In this document: one piece after another, positions 10,679 through 20,350 of the stretch
Layout of the letters: each line of letters starts with the position of its first letter
Position numbering within the stretch: the stretch's first letter is position 1
NCBI GenBank assembly: GCA_040768745.1
Contig: JAXGMI010000001.1
Coordinates: forward strand, 544,001-608,000
Length of the DNA stretch: 64,000 nt
Direction: 5' to 3'
Source of the DNA: Desulfomicrobium sp.
GTDB lineage: Bacteria; Desulfobacterota; Desulfovibrionia; Desulfovibrionales; Desulfomicrobiaceae
The notes under the pieces: model-generated
Seen by the model: only the letters and a program-made list of their open reading frames with translations
Told to the model about the DNA's origin: nothing
Database searches by the model: none
Translations under genes and position numbers: made by a program

Positions 10679-10981
10679 TCAATTCACAAATTCCACACCC
10701 ACTCCGTAAAACCCGGAGCAGCTGCCTTCCTGGGCAGAACACCACCGCACGATCCCATCGTAGCACGCCTTGTCGAGGCCTGAATCCCCTTTTTTTTCCG
10801 CATCAAATTTGATGGTTACAGGGGACCATTCCAGCAGCAGGTAGTCCGATTCAAGCATCACCCCGCCCGTGCTGTAGTTGAGAACCCTCGAACCGAACGT
10901 GAATTCCTCCAGAAAAAAAATCTCCACGTTGCATGGCTCAAAGCTTGCTTTCCGGGGGTATCTTCGTTTTTCCATTTCCAT
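10679..10981 (-). CDS. Stand-alone PilZ-domain protein
   Basis: EKRRYPR (RxxxR) and NYSTGG (D/NxSxxG) motifs, C-terminal GVGVEF. Confidence 0.85.
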   Translation of the reverse strand: MEMEKRRYPRKASFEPCNVEIFFLEEFTFGSRVLNYSTGGVMLESDYLLLEWSPVTIKFDAEKKGDSGLDKACYDGIVRWCSAQEGSCSGFYGVGVEFVN

Positions 10982-11287
10982 ATTCCCAGGACATCACAAA
11001 TCGAATGGATTGATGGGACAATCCTGAATCATTGAAAAATCCTATTCGCAAACCCAGACATCTCACTGCACCGGGCAGCGCCTATCTCTCGTTCCTGTAC
11101 GATATAATATTTCCCATACTCTTCTCGGGCGTCCCGGGCAACCCAATATTGGCGGAACTGCCAATATTTTGTGCGCAACGGCGCGGAAGGCAGCCCTTCG
11201 TCAGCCGGGCCACCCCTCCTCCTTTTGGGGCGACACAATGCCTTGTCATCCTTGTCATCCCCGGCTGCCTGCCGTAACCACAGAGCC

Positions 11288-12160
11288 ATGCCGGAAATCG
11301 ATTTGCACACCCACTCCACGGCCTCCGATGGGACCCTCAGCCCGACAGCCCTTGTGGCTGCAGCTGCGGCCATGAAACTCAGGGCCATCGCACTGACGGA
11401 TCATGACACCATCCAGGGCCTCCCCGAAGCCTGTGCAGCTGGGCAGGAACTCGCCCTGGAGGTCATCAGCGGATGTGAACTGAGCGTCAACTTCCCCAAA
11501 GGGAGCATGCACATCCTCGGGCTGTGGATTCCCCTGCATCCGGCCCGGCTGCAGTCCACCCTGGACAGGTTGTCCTCCCTGCGCAGGTCCCGCAACGAAA
11601 CCATCCTCCGGAATCTGAACCATTACGGGGTTGAGGCCACGTACGACGAGCTGGAACGGATAGCGGACGGGGGGATCATTGGCCGGCCCCATATCGCCCA
11701 GCTTCTGGTCAGCAAGGGGGTCGCCCTGAACCTGCAGGATGCGTTCATCAACTGGCTGCGGCCCGGGACCAAGGGCTACGCGCCGAAAGAAAAGCTGGAC
11801 CCACGGGAAGGCATTGATCTGTTGAAGGAGGAGGGAGCGACTGTCATCCTGGCCCACCCCTGCACCCTGCACCTGGAAGGGCCCGAACTGGAAGGTCTTC
11901 TCCACGAACTCAAGGACTGGGGGCTCGACGGGGTGGAGGTCATCTACTCCATGCACACCCAGGCTCAGACCGATACCTATGCCCGCTTATGCCGCAAGCT
12001 CGACCTGCTCCAGAGCGCAGGCTCGGACTTCCATGGTGCCAACAAGCCGAACATCTCCCTGGGGCGGGGCAAGGGAGGGTTGAGACCAACATACCGCCTG
12101 GTGGAGCGGATGAAGGAACGACGCGCCGCCCAAGGTCTCTCAATCCCTTCCTGCAGCTGA
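11288..12160 (+). CDS. PHP-domain phosphoesterase (YciV/TrpH-like)
   Basis: IDLHTHSTASDG, ALTDHDT, GRPHIA, LAHP, GSDFHG. Start placed at ATG 11288. Confidence 0.9.
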   Translation: MPEIDLHTHSTASDGTLSPTALVAAAAAMKLRAIALTDHDTIQGLPEACAAGQELALEVISGCELSVNFPKGSMHILGLWIPLHPARLQSTLDRLSSLRRSRNETILRNLNHYGVEATYDELERIADGGIIGRPHIAQLLVSKGVALNLQDAFINWLRPGTKGYAPKEKLDPREGIDLLKEEGATVILAHPCTLHLEGPELEGLLHELKDWGLDGVEVIYSMHTQAQTDTYARLCRKLDLLQSAGSDFHGANKPNISLGRGKGGLRPTYRLVERMKERRAAQGLSIPSCS

Positions 12161-12179
12161 TTTCCACGGAACACAGACT

Positions 12180-13403
12180 ATGCTCCCTTTGCCTGAACTT
12201 CTCGTTCCAGCCGCCGACCCGGATAAACTCGACACGGCCCTGACCTACGGGGCCGACGCCGTGTATGTGGGAGGAAAGGAGCTGAACCTGCGGGCCAAGT
12301 CCGGGGGATTCTCCTTTGCAGAGCTGACCCAGGCCGTGACCCAGGCCCACGCCCGCCAGTGCGCGGTCTATTTCACCCTCAACCTCCTGGCCTGGGAGGA
12401 GCATCTTCCGGCCGTGGCCCGCTATCTGGACGAACTGGCAGCCTCCGGCGTCGACGGGATCATCATCGCCGACCCTGGCGTCCTGGCCATGGCCGCCAAA
12501 CGCGTCCCGCACATCCCCATCCATCTTTCGACCCAGGCCAACACCTCCAATTCGGCCTCCGCGGCCTTCTGGAGGGATCAGGGCGCCACTCGCGTCAATC
12601 TGGCCCGGGAGCTGGGAGCCCGGCGGATCCGGACCCTGGTTGAAAATGTGAGTGGCCTTGAATTGGAAGTTTTCGTGCACGGCGCCATGTGCATGGCCAT
12701 CTCAGGCCGCTGCCTGCTCTCGGCCCATGTCAACGAGCGCTCGGCCAATCTGGGGCAGTGCACCCATCCCTGCCGCTTTGACTACAGGGTCACGGGACTG
12801 CGCCTGGAGGAAAAACTGCGTCCAGGCCGGGATATGTGGGAACTGGTGGAGGGCGGGGAATATGCCCAGATCATGAGCGCCGAGGATCTTTGCCTGGTCA
12901 AGTATCTGCCCTGGTTCCAGCGCACTGGCGTGCACAGCCTGAAGATAGAGGGACGCATGAAGACGTCTTCCTACCTGGCCCAGGTCACGGACGTGTACCG
13001 CACGGCCCTCGACGACGTGGCGCAGCGGACGTGTCGGCCGGCCCTGTATTTGGACGAACTCCGCCAGACAGCCACCCGGCCCCTGTCCACAGGTTTTTTC
13101 ACGCCCGTACGCCGCACACTGGCTTTGCCCCTGCCCCGGGACCAACGCAAGAACATTGTCGCCCGGGTACGCGAAGAAATCCGGCCCGGCCTGTGGGCCA
13201 TGGATGTCAAACACCGCTTCCTGGCTGGCGACCCCCTTGAAATCCTTGTCCCTGGCCTGCGACGTCCGGTCATGGATTCCGGAACGTATGGGGTGGAGAG
13301 GCAGGACGGCAGCCTTGTCCGGGAGGTGCACAGCGGCCTGCGCCTTGTGCTGCGCAGCGATCACCCAGATCTCAGGACTGGGCTCTTTCTGCGGTCCAGG
13401 TGA
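12180..13403 (+). CDS. U32-family Fe-S protein (TrhP/YegQ-like tRNA hydroxylase)
   Basis: PELLVPA, GADAVY, HLSTQAN, HGAMC..SGRC..GQC..PCR, SLKIEGRMK. Confidence 0.85.
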   Translation: MLPLPELLVPAADPDKLDTALTYGADAVYVGGKELNLRAKSGGFSFAELTQAVTQAHARQCAVYFTLNLLAWEEHLPAVARYLDELAASGVDGIIIADPGVLAMAAKRVPHIPIHLSTQANTSNSASAAFWRDQGATRVNLARELGARRIRTLVENVSGLELEVFVHGAMCMAISGRCLLSAHVNERSANLGQCTHPCRFDYRVTGLRLEEKLRPGRDMWELVEGGEYAQIMSAEDLCLVKYLPWFQRTGVHSLKIEGRMKTSSYLAQVTDVYRTALDDVAQRTCRPALYLDELRQTATRPLSTGFFTPVRRTLALPLPRDQRKNIVARVREEIRPGLWAMDVKHRFLAGDPLEILVPGLRRPVMDSGTYGVERQDGSLVREVHSGLRLVLRSDHPDLRTGLFLRSR

Positions 13404-13440
13404 TCGGCGCACGGATAGACGCGGCACCCCTGGCCGGACC

Positions 13441-14586
13441 CTACTCCCTTTCTCCGAGCAGATACCGCAGCTGGGCCACGCTCTTACCCGTCTTCGCGGC
13501 CAGGTCCTTCAGGGCCTCAAACTCCGGCCGGCTGTAGCGCCGCCCGTCCAGAACCATGTCCTTGACCCGGAGTTGCCCCCAGGGCGAGGCCTGCGTTGCT
13601 GCTTCACGCGGCACCACTGCCCTCAGGGTCTCAGTGATACGCAAACCAAGGGTCATGGTCTGGGCAAAAACCAGGTCGCGGATGCGGGACAGGTCTCCGG
13701 GCCGGCAGAGCACCTGCAGCAGCCCGCCCGGCCGGTTCTTCTTCATCACCCCGGGCAGAAAAAGAACATCCAGGGCCCCCTGCGACAAAAGCACCGAAAA
13801 GACATCGCCCAACTCCTCCCCGGTCAGGTGATCGACATTGGTCTCCAGCACCATGACCCGCTCTGTGCCCGGCTCCCTGCCGGAAAAAAGCATCGCCCGC
13901 AGCCCATTTACCGTCCCCAGGTCCATGGTCCCGAGCCCGAGGCCCGTACGTTCGATCCGCCCAACGGGGCCGGATGCGAACTCGTCCACAAGCTGGTCGA
14001 CCAGGAGGGCGCCTGTGGGCGTGATGACTTCCTGCACATACTCCGACGCGTACACAGGTTTCCCGCGCAAAAGTTCCAGGGTAGCTGGGGCAGGGAGGGG
14101 CATGAGGCCATGGGCGCAGCGCACGGTTCCGGAAAACCAGGGCAGCTTCGAACACGTCACGCGGGTCACGCCGAGACACTCCACGGCCCAGAAAGCCCCG
14201 ACTACATCGACGAGGGTGTCCACGGCCCCTATTTCGTGGAAATGGATCTGCTCCAGCTCCACATCATGCACTTTTGCCTCCACCTGACCCAGGCGTTCCA
14301 ACGCGGCCTGGGACCGGGACCGGACCTGTTCAGAAACAGGCAATTTCCCGATAATACCGGTCAGATCATGAAGATGGCGCAAAGGTTGCTTTGCCGGCCC
14401 TTCGATGTGCAGGCGCGTCCCGGCAATGCCCTGGCTGCGCGCCTGCACGGCCGCAACATCAACCTGCAACCCGGCGTGGCGGAACGTGGCGCCCAGAACG
14501 GCAAGATCCACTCCCAGATCCGCCATGGCCGCCAAAAACATGTCCCCGGCAATCCCGGCTGGACAATCAAGATACAACTCGGGCAT
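13441..14586 (-). CDS. larC: Nickel insertion protein LarC
   Basis: LYLDCPAGIAGDM, IHFHEIGAVD, AHGLMPLPAPAT, TPTGA, ETNVD, MKKNRPG, PEFE. Confidence 0.9.
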   Translation of the reverse strand: MPELYLDCPAGIAGDMFLAAMADLGVDLAVLGATFRHAGLQVDVAAVQARSQGIAGTRLHIEGPAKQPLRHLHDLTGIIGKLPVSEQVRSRSQAALERLGQVEAKVHDVELEQIHFHEIGAVDTLVDVVGAFWAVECLGVTRVTCSKLPWFSGTVRCAHGLMPLPAPATLELLRGKPVYASEYVQEVITPTGALLVDQLVDEFASGPVGRIERTGLGLGTMDLGTVNGLRAMLFSGREPGTERVMVLETNVDHLTGEELGDVFSVLLSQGALDVLFLPGVMKKNRPGGLLQVLCRPGDLSRIRDLVFAQTMTLGLRITETLRAVVPREAATQASPWGQLRVKDMVLDGRRYSRPEFEALKDLAAKTGKSVAQLRYLLGERE

Positions 14587-14625
14587 TTTCTTCCTCACCG
14601 TCAATTTTTTACACGCAGGCACCAC

Positions 14626-15438
14626 ATGCGCATCGCAGCCGTTCAGGTCTCCGGAATTCCCGGAGATGTCCAGGGCAATCTGGAAAAAATCCGGATCCAC
14701 ACCCAAAAAGGGGCCGCAGCTGGATGCCGACTCCTCCTGTTCCCGGAACTGACCGACCTGGGTTACGACCTGCGCGCTGTGCCCCGTCACGGACCCGCAA
14801 CCTGGAAAACCTCCCAGGGCGTCCTGGCCGGCTTGGCCAGGGAGTTCTCCCTCTGCCTCGTCTGTGGCGTCTGCCTGGCCGACGGCCACAACCATGCCAA
14901 CGCCCTGGTGGCCTGGGGACCGGACGGGGAGATCCTGGTCATCTACCGCAAGACCCATCTCTTCCGGGCCGGAGACATCGACGAGACCCAGGTTTTCCGG
15001 GCCGGAGACGCGGCAACCTGCTTCGAGCTGGATGGGATCAGATTCGGTCTGTCCATCTGCTATGATCTGCGCTTTCCGGAGCTGTTCCGCACCCTGGCCC
15101 TGGGAGGATGTCACGTCCTGCTGCTGGCCGCGGCCTGGCCCAGGGCAAGGATCCATGTCTGGAAGCCTCTTTGCATTGCCAGGGCCGTGGAGAACCAATG
15201 CTACCTTGTGGGGGCCAACCTCGTCGGTGATCAGGGGATGTATCCCTGTGGAGGAGCCTCCCTTTTTGTCACACCCGCAGGTCAGACGACAGAGGCAGAC
15301 CCCCGGCAGGAATGTCTCGTCCACGGCTCGGTCTGCACGGAAGAGCTGCGCGAGATCCGGAATGCCGTTCCCGCCCTAGCGCACCGCCGTCCGGATCTGT
15401 ACGCGCGAGGCTTGTCCTATTGCCCATCCTCTCTTTGA
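14626..15438 (+). CDS. Carbon-nitrogen hydrolase (nitrilase superfamily)
   Basis: E-K-C triad: FPEL, YRKTHLF, ICYDLRFPE; also ARAVENQ. Confidence 0.9.
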   Translation: MRIAAVQVSGIPGDVQGNLEKIRIHTQKGAAAGCRLLLFPELTDLGYDLRAVPRHGPATWKTSQGVLAGLAREFSLCLVCGVCLADGHNHANALVAWGPDGEILVIYRKTHLFRAGDIDETQVFRAGDAATCFELDGIRFGLSICYDLRFPELFRTLALGGCHVLLLAAAWPRARIHVWKPLCIARAVENQCYLVGANLVGDQGMYPCGGASLFVTPAGQTTEADPRQECLVHGSVCTEELREIRNAVPALAHRRPDLYARGLSYCPSSL

Positions 15439-15545
15439 CGGACCAAAGAAAAGATATTAGTAGTCTGGCAACTTACGCGCTTGCATGGTGTGATAAACGC
15501 AGTGTATCTCACAATGGGCATGCCGCCCCTCCAAGGAGAACTGAC

Positions 15546-16220
15546 ATGATTATCAAGGATTGGATGACAAAGGACGTGATCACGGTGGACCCCGAAGCCT
15601 CCATGATGCGTGCGGCCAAGCTGATGAAGGAAAAAGGCATTCGCCGGTTGCCCGTCGTCGACGACAAGGGCAAGGTGGTTGGCATGCTCAGCGACCGTGA
15701 TGTGAAGGAAGCGTCCCCCTCCAAGGCCACGACTTTGGACGTGCACGAGCTCTACTATCTTCTGTCCGAAATCAAGGTCAAAAACATCATGACCCCCAAT
15801 CCCATGACCATCAGAGACTCGGACACGGTGCTCAAATGTGCTGCCATCATGCATGACAAGAAGGTCTCCGGCTTGCCCGTCCTGGACGACAACGACCGAC
15901 TGGTCGGCATCATGACCCAGAACGAGGTGTACCGGGTTCTCCTGAGCATCACCGGCGTCTACCACGGCGGCGTGCACATCGGACTTAAGCTTCCGGACGA
16001 AAAAGGCAGCCTGAAGGACGCCCTTGACTGCCTGCGCAGTTACAAAACCCGGGTCATTTCCATCCTGACGTCCTACGACAAGGTCGAGGAGGGATTCCGC
16101 GAGGTTTTCATCCGCATCAAGGACGTGGACAAGGCCACCCTCAACGACCTCAAGCAGGAATTGACCGACAAGCATGGCCTCACCTTCCTGGTGCGGGACA
16201 GCATCAATCCCATCAACTAG
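15546..16220 (+). CDS. CBS-pair plus ACT-like domain protein (AcuB-like)
   Basis: IRRLPVVD, ASPSKATTLDVHELYYLL; RBS AGGAG upstream. Confidence 0.88.
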   Translation: MIIKDWMTKDVITVDPEASMMRAAKLMKEKGIRRLPVVDDKGKVVGMLSDRDVKEASPSKATTLDVHELYYLLSEIKVKNIMTPNPMTIRDSDTVLKCAAIMHDKKVSGLPVLDDNDRLVGIMTQNEVYRVLLSITGVYHGGVHIGLKLPDEKGSLKDALDCLRSYKTRVISILTSYDKVEEGFREVFIRIKDVDKATLNDLKQELTDKHGLTFLVRDSINPIN

Positions 16221-16286
16221 ACGACGCTGCGCCATGCAAAGCCCGCAGGCATGACCAGCGGGCTTTGCCGTACTGAAGGAGCACCG

Positions 16287-16427
16287 ATGCAAGACAGCTA
16301 TCCCATCAAGGACACGTTCAACGAGATCGTCAACACCCTGCAGGCCGCTCTGGACACGGATTACGTCATTGGCCTGCTGGTGGCCACGGCGCTTCTGTCC
16401 TTCATCATTGGTCGCATGAGCAAATAG
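16287..16427 (+). CDS. 46-aa small membrane protein (not in the ORF track)
   Basis: GAAGGAG RBS, then MQDSYPIKDTFNEIVNTLQAALDTDYVIGLLVATALLSFIIGRMSK, with GC-rich third positions and a downstream terminator. Confidence 0.7.
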   Translation: MQDSYPIKDTFNEIVNTLQAALDTDYVIGLLVATALLSFIIGRMSK

Positions 16428-16448
16428 GTTCCAACCGCCCGTTTTCAC

Positions 16449-16488
16449 GAACCGGATTCCCGCCCTGGACGGGAATCCGGTTCTTTTT
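16449..16488 (+). terminator. Rho-independent terminator
   Basis: GAACCGGATTCCCG / CGGGAATCCGGTTC 14-bp stem followed by TTTTT. Confidence 0.85.
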
Positions 16489-16511
16489 GTCCGGGCCATG
16501 AGCGGTCCGGC

Positions 16512-17270
16512 TCAAGTCTGCACTGCGTTGCAGGCCAGATGCGGGCAGAAATCCAGAATTCCTGCCGTGAGGCGGGAGGCCTCTCCCTGTCCCTCGTGCA
16601 GGACCAGACCTGGGGCCACACGGAGTCCGGATCCGCCGTTCTTCACTCCCCGGACCAGCACCATGCGGGCCGCATCTTCGGCCCGGGGATGCACAAAGCA
16701 GAGCACCTTGGGCCGCAGGCGGCTTTCCCGCAGCAGGACGAGCAGGTCGTCGGCCCGCTCGGCCAGATGGATAAAAGCGTAGGGTTTTTTGTTGCCCAGG
16801 AAGAAGGCGGTGGCGCGGATAAAGTCGGCCAGACCTGCACCAGTCTCGAAGCGGGCCGCGTTCTTCACAGCATCGGGGCAGGCCCGGCCCGTTCTTGGAT
16901 CTCGGTAGGGGGGATTGCACACGACCAGGTCCATGCTCCCGGGCCTCAGTCCGCCAGGGTTGGCCACATCGCCCTGCAGCACCGCAAAGCGCTTTTCGAG
17001 CCCAAGGCGGCGGGCGTTTTCCCGGGCATGGTTGAGCATGACCGGACTTGCGTCCAGGCCGACCACAACGGAATCGGGATGGCCCAGGGCCACGGCAAGC
17101 CCCACCACACCGCATCCTGTTCCCAAATCAAGGACCCTGCCCCGCACCTCCCACTGCCCGGCAAAGGCGGCCAGCAGCAGGGCGTCCAGGGAAAAGCGGA
17201 ATCCCTGCCGGGGCTGTGAAAGGCCACGCGGAAACATGTCCCGGGCCCGCGCCTGGTCCGGATCAGACAT
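16512..17270 (-). CDS. tRNA1(Val) adenine-N6-methyltransferase-like (YfiC/TrmN6 family)
   Basis: QPRQGFRFSLDALLLA, LDLGTGCG, CNPPY, ARFE. Start uncertain (17270 or 17312). Confidence 0.82.
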   Translation of the reverse strand: MSDPDQARARDMFPRGLSQPRQGFRFSLDALLLAAFAGQWEVRGRVLDLGTGCGVVGLAVALGHPDSVVVGLDASPVMLNHARENARRLGLEKRFAVLQGDVANPGGLRPGSMDLVVCNPPYRDPRTGRACPDAVKNAARFETGAGLADFIRATAFFLGNKKPYAFIHLAERADDLLVLLRESRLRPKVLCFVHPRAEDAARMVLVRGVKNGGSGLRVAPGLVLHEGQGEASRLTAGILDFCPHLACNAVQT

Positions 17271-17342
17271 CCCGGCCCGGTCTGCGCTCACGGCTTGTGT
17301 CTCTTGCATCATGAGTGGGCTGGAGATGAACGTGAACCGGGG

Positions 17343-18572
17343 CTATTTCAGCACGGACCGCAGACGATCCATGGCTTCCTGCACATTGGCCGAACTGTTG
17401 AAGGCCGAAATGCGGATGAAGCCCTCGCCGCAGGCCCCGAAGCCCGCCCCTGGGGTGCACACGACGGCAGCCTTGTTCAGAAGCATGTCGAAGAACTCCC
17501 AGGACCCCATCTTGCCGTCGATCCACACATAGGGCGAATTCTCGCCGCCCACGCAATCGAAGCCCAGGGCCGTCATCTCCGCGCGAATGATGGCCGCGTT
17601 GGCCAGATAATGGTCCACCAGGGCCTTGGACTGGATCTTGCCGGCCGGCGTGTACACCGCCGCTGCGGCCTTCTGCACCGGATAGCACACCCCGTTGAAC
17701 TTGGTGGTGTGGCGGCGGTTCCACATGGCGTGCAGGCTGTGCGGATTGCCGTGGGCATCAAAGGCCATGCAGTCCTTGGGCACCACGGTGAAGGCCAGGC
17801 GGGTGCCGGTGAACCCGGCGGTCTTGGACAGGGAACGGAACTCGATGGCCACTTCCCGCGCACCCTCGATCTCGTAGATGGACCTGGGCAGTTGTGGATC
17901 CCGGATAAAGGCCTCGTAGGCGGCGTCGAAAAGGATGAGTGCCTTGTTGGCCCTGGCAAAATCCACCCATGTCTTCAACTGGTCCCTGGTGATGGTCGCG
18001 CCGGTGGGGTTGTTGGGGTAGCAGAGGTAGATCAGATCCACCGACTCCGTCGGCAGGGCCGGGATGAAGCCGTTGGCCTTGGTCCCCTCCAGGTACACCA
18101 GACCCTCGTAGCGGCCGCCGACATTCTGTCCGGTGCGCCCGGCCATGACATTGGTGTCCACATAGACGGGATAGACCGGGTCCGGGACGGCGATGCGGAT
18201 GTCTCCGGCAAAAAGCTCCTGGATATTGCCGGTGTCGCATTTTGCCCCGTCGCTGATGAAAACTTCATCCGCGGAGATGTCTGCGCCCCGGGACTGGAAA
18301 TCCTCCCTGGCGATGAGTTCGCGCAGGAAGTCATAGCCCTGCTCCGGGCCGTAACCGCGGAAGGTCCCGGCCACCGCCATCTCATCCACGCCTGCATGGA
18401 AGGCCGCTATGACGGATTCGGGCAGGGGTTCGGTCACGTCCCCGATACCCAGCCGGATGATCTTCCTGTCCGGGTTGGCGGATTGGTAGGCCGCAACACG
18501 GCGGGCAATATCGGCAAAAAGATAGGATGCTTTGAGTTTCAGGTAATGTTCGTTGATGCGGATCATCGGCAT
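17343..18572 (-). CDS. dapL: LL-diaminopimelate aminotransferase
   Basis: [44 protein letters not shown]. Confidence 0.95.
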   Translation of the reverse strand: MPMIRINEHYLKLKASYLFADIARRVAAYQSANPDRKIIRLGIGDVTEPLPESVIAAFHAGVDEMAVAGTFRGYGPEQGYDFLRELIAREDFQSRGADISADEVFISDGAKCDTGNIQELFAGDIRIAVPDPVYPVYVDTNVMAGRTGQNVGGRYEGLVYLEGTKANGFIPALPTESVDLIYLCYPNNPTGATITRDQLKTWVDFARANKALILFDAAYEAFIRDPQLPRSIYEIEGAREVAIEFRSLSKTAGFTGTRLAFTVVPKDCMAFDAHGNPHSLHAMWNRRHTTKFNGVCYPVQKAAAAVYTPAGKIQSKALVDHYLANAAIIRAEMTALGFDCVGGENSPYVWIDGKMGSWEFFDMLLNKAAVVCTPGAGFGACGEGFIRISAFNSSANVQEAMDRLRSVLK

Positions 18573-18636
18573 TCCTCATGGGTTGGTTGCGTTGTGTAGA
18601 AACGTGGCCGTACCGTCAAAGGACGCACAGCTCAAG

Positions 18637-20172
18637 TCAGGATCGGCTGCGCCTCACGCGTCGGCCCAGGGCCTCGGCGAAAAGCCGGGCCTGGGAAATA
18701 TTCAGCACGAGGGCGAGCCCCATGTAGAGAGCCGCCCAGACCGGAATGAGCAACAGGCTGGCCTGACCCAGTCCTGTGCTCAGCCAGCATCCGGCCAGCA
18801 TGCCGAGGCTCAGCATGAAGGACAGCGCATGATCGCGGTTGATCCGAAACCAGACCCCGCAGTGGCGGCGCAGAAAAAAACCCAGCAGCAACACATTGAC
18901 CCAGGCCGACACGGACGAGGCCACGGCCAGTCCCACATGGCCCAGGACGTGCAAGCTGCTGAAGCCGACGACCACGTAGATGAACAGACAGAAGAGGGCC
19001 ACCCGCACCGGGGTTTTGGTGTCGCCCAGGGCGTAGTAGGCCGAGGCCAGGGAGCGCACACCGGAAAAAGCGGGCAGGCCCACGACATAGCCCAGCAGGG
19101 CCATGGCCGTGCCGTGCACTGCGGCCTCGGAGAACTCCCCGCGACCGAAGAGCAGGCCCACCAACGGCAGGGACAATCCGGCCAGACCGGCGGCGGCTGG
19201 CAGATTGATGAAAAGGGTCAGGCCCAGGGATGTGGCCAGGGTGTCCTTGAACTCGGGGCGCCGCTCCGGGGCGGTCAGAAGCGAGAGCGACGGCAGGGTG
19301 GCCACGCCCACGGCCACGCCGAAAACGCCGAGAGGAAACTGAAAGAGCCGGTCCGCGTAATACAGGTACGACACGGAACCCTCGGGCAGAAAGGAGGCCA
19401 TGCCCGTGCCGATGAGGATATTGATCTGGTACACGGCCGAACCGAGAACCGTCGGCAGCATGAGCGTGCCGATGCGGCGCACGGCCGGCCCCGTCGGCTC
19501 CAGCGGACCGATCCAGGAAAACCCCTTGGAGCGCAACACCGGCTGCTGCAGGAGCCACTGCCCGATCCCGGCCACGAGCACGCCCCAGGCCAGGTACACG
19601 GCCACGTTCCCGCCGACGTTGATGGCCAGGAGGCTCGCGCCTATAAGCACGATGTTGAGGATGCACGGTGCCAGGGCGGGCAGGAGAAAATGGCCCATGC
19701 TGTTCAGGATGCCCATGCACAGGGCCACGCCGGAGATGAACAGGATGTAGGGGAAGCAGATCTGGATCAGGCTCGCGGTCAGCTCAAACAGCTCGGGCCG
19801 CTTGGCCGCGAAGCCGGAGGCGATGAGCAGGGTCACGGCCTTGGGAAAGAGCAGAACCAGAATCGTCAAAAGACCCAGGATGAGCAGCAGCCAGAACTGG
19901 ATGGAGCGGGCCAGGGCAAAGGCGGCCCTGTCGCCCTGCTGCTGCCGGATTTTGACGAAGGTGGGCACGAAGGCCATGGTCAGGGAGCCCTCAGCGAAAA
20001 GACTGCGGAGCAGGTTGGGCACCCGGAAGGCCACAAAGAAGGCGTCGGCCAGCACGGATGCCCCCAGAGTGTAGGCCATGATCAGGTCACGGACCAGTCC
20101 CAGCCCCCGACTGAGGAGGGTTGCGCCGGAGACGATGGAGGCGTTGCGAACAATGGTCTTCTGGGTGGACAC
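18637..20172 (-). CDS. murJ: Lipid II flippase MurJ (MviN)
   Basis: SRGLGLVRD, DAFFVAFRVPNLLRSLFAEG, YADRLFQFPLG. GTG start at 20172 is inferred. Confidence 0.95.
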   Translation of the reverse strand: MSTQKTIVRNASIVSGATLLSRGLGLVRDLIMAYTLGASVLADAFFVAFRVPNLLRSLFAEGSLTMAFVPTFVKIRQQQGDRAAFALARSIQFWLLLILGLLTILVLLFPKAVTLLIASGFAAKRPELFELTASLIQICFPYILFISGVALCMGILNSMGHFLLPALAPCILNIVLIGASLLAINVGGNVAVYLAWGVLVAGIGQWLLQQPVLRSKGFSWIGPLEPTGPAVRRIGTLMLPTVLGSAVYQINILIGTGMASFLPEGSVSYLYYADRLFQFPLGVFGVAVGVATLPSLSLLTAPERRPEFKDTLATSLGLTLFINLPAAAGLAGLSLPLVGLLFGRGEFSEAAVHGTAMALLGYVVGLPAFSGVRSLASAYYALGDTKTPVRVALFCLFIYVVVGFSSLHVLGHVGLAVASSVSAWVNVLLLGFFLRRHCGVWFRINRDHALSFMLSLGMLAGCWLSTGLGQASLLLIPVWAALYMGLALVLNISQARLFAEALGRRVRRSRS

Positions 20173-20350
20173 GCAGAACGTCCTTGGGGATGAAATCAAA
20201 TCTGGAGGCGCCAAATCGCGCCAGGGCCGGAAACCTTCGTATCCGGCCCTGGCGCGTCCGTCCACCGTCATGTGAGCGTTCACCCATCCATCAACGCAGA
20301 ACCGGCATCACGGCTGGACATTGAGGTTGGTTGATCCATATACACAAACA

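Noticed and set aside
13156..15438. Apparent 760-aa and 627-aa ORFs suggesting fusions
   Set aside because: The extensions are antisense to larC and the nitrilase gene; family-typical N-termini begin at 14626 (+) and 14586 (-).
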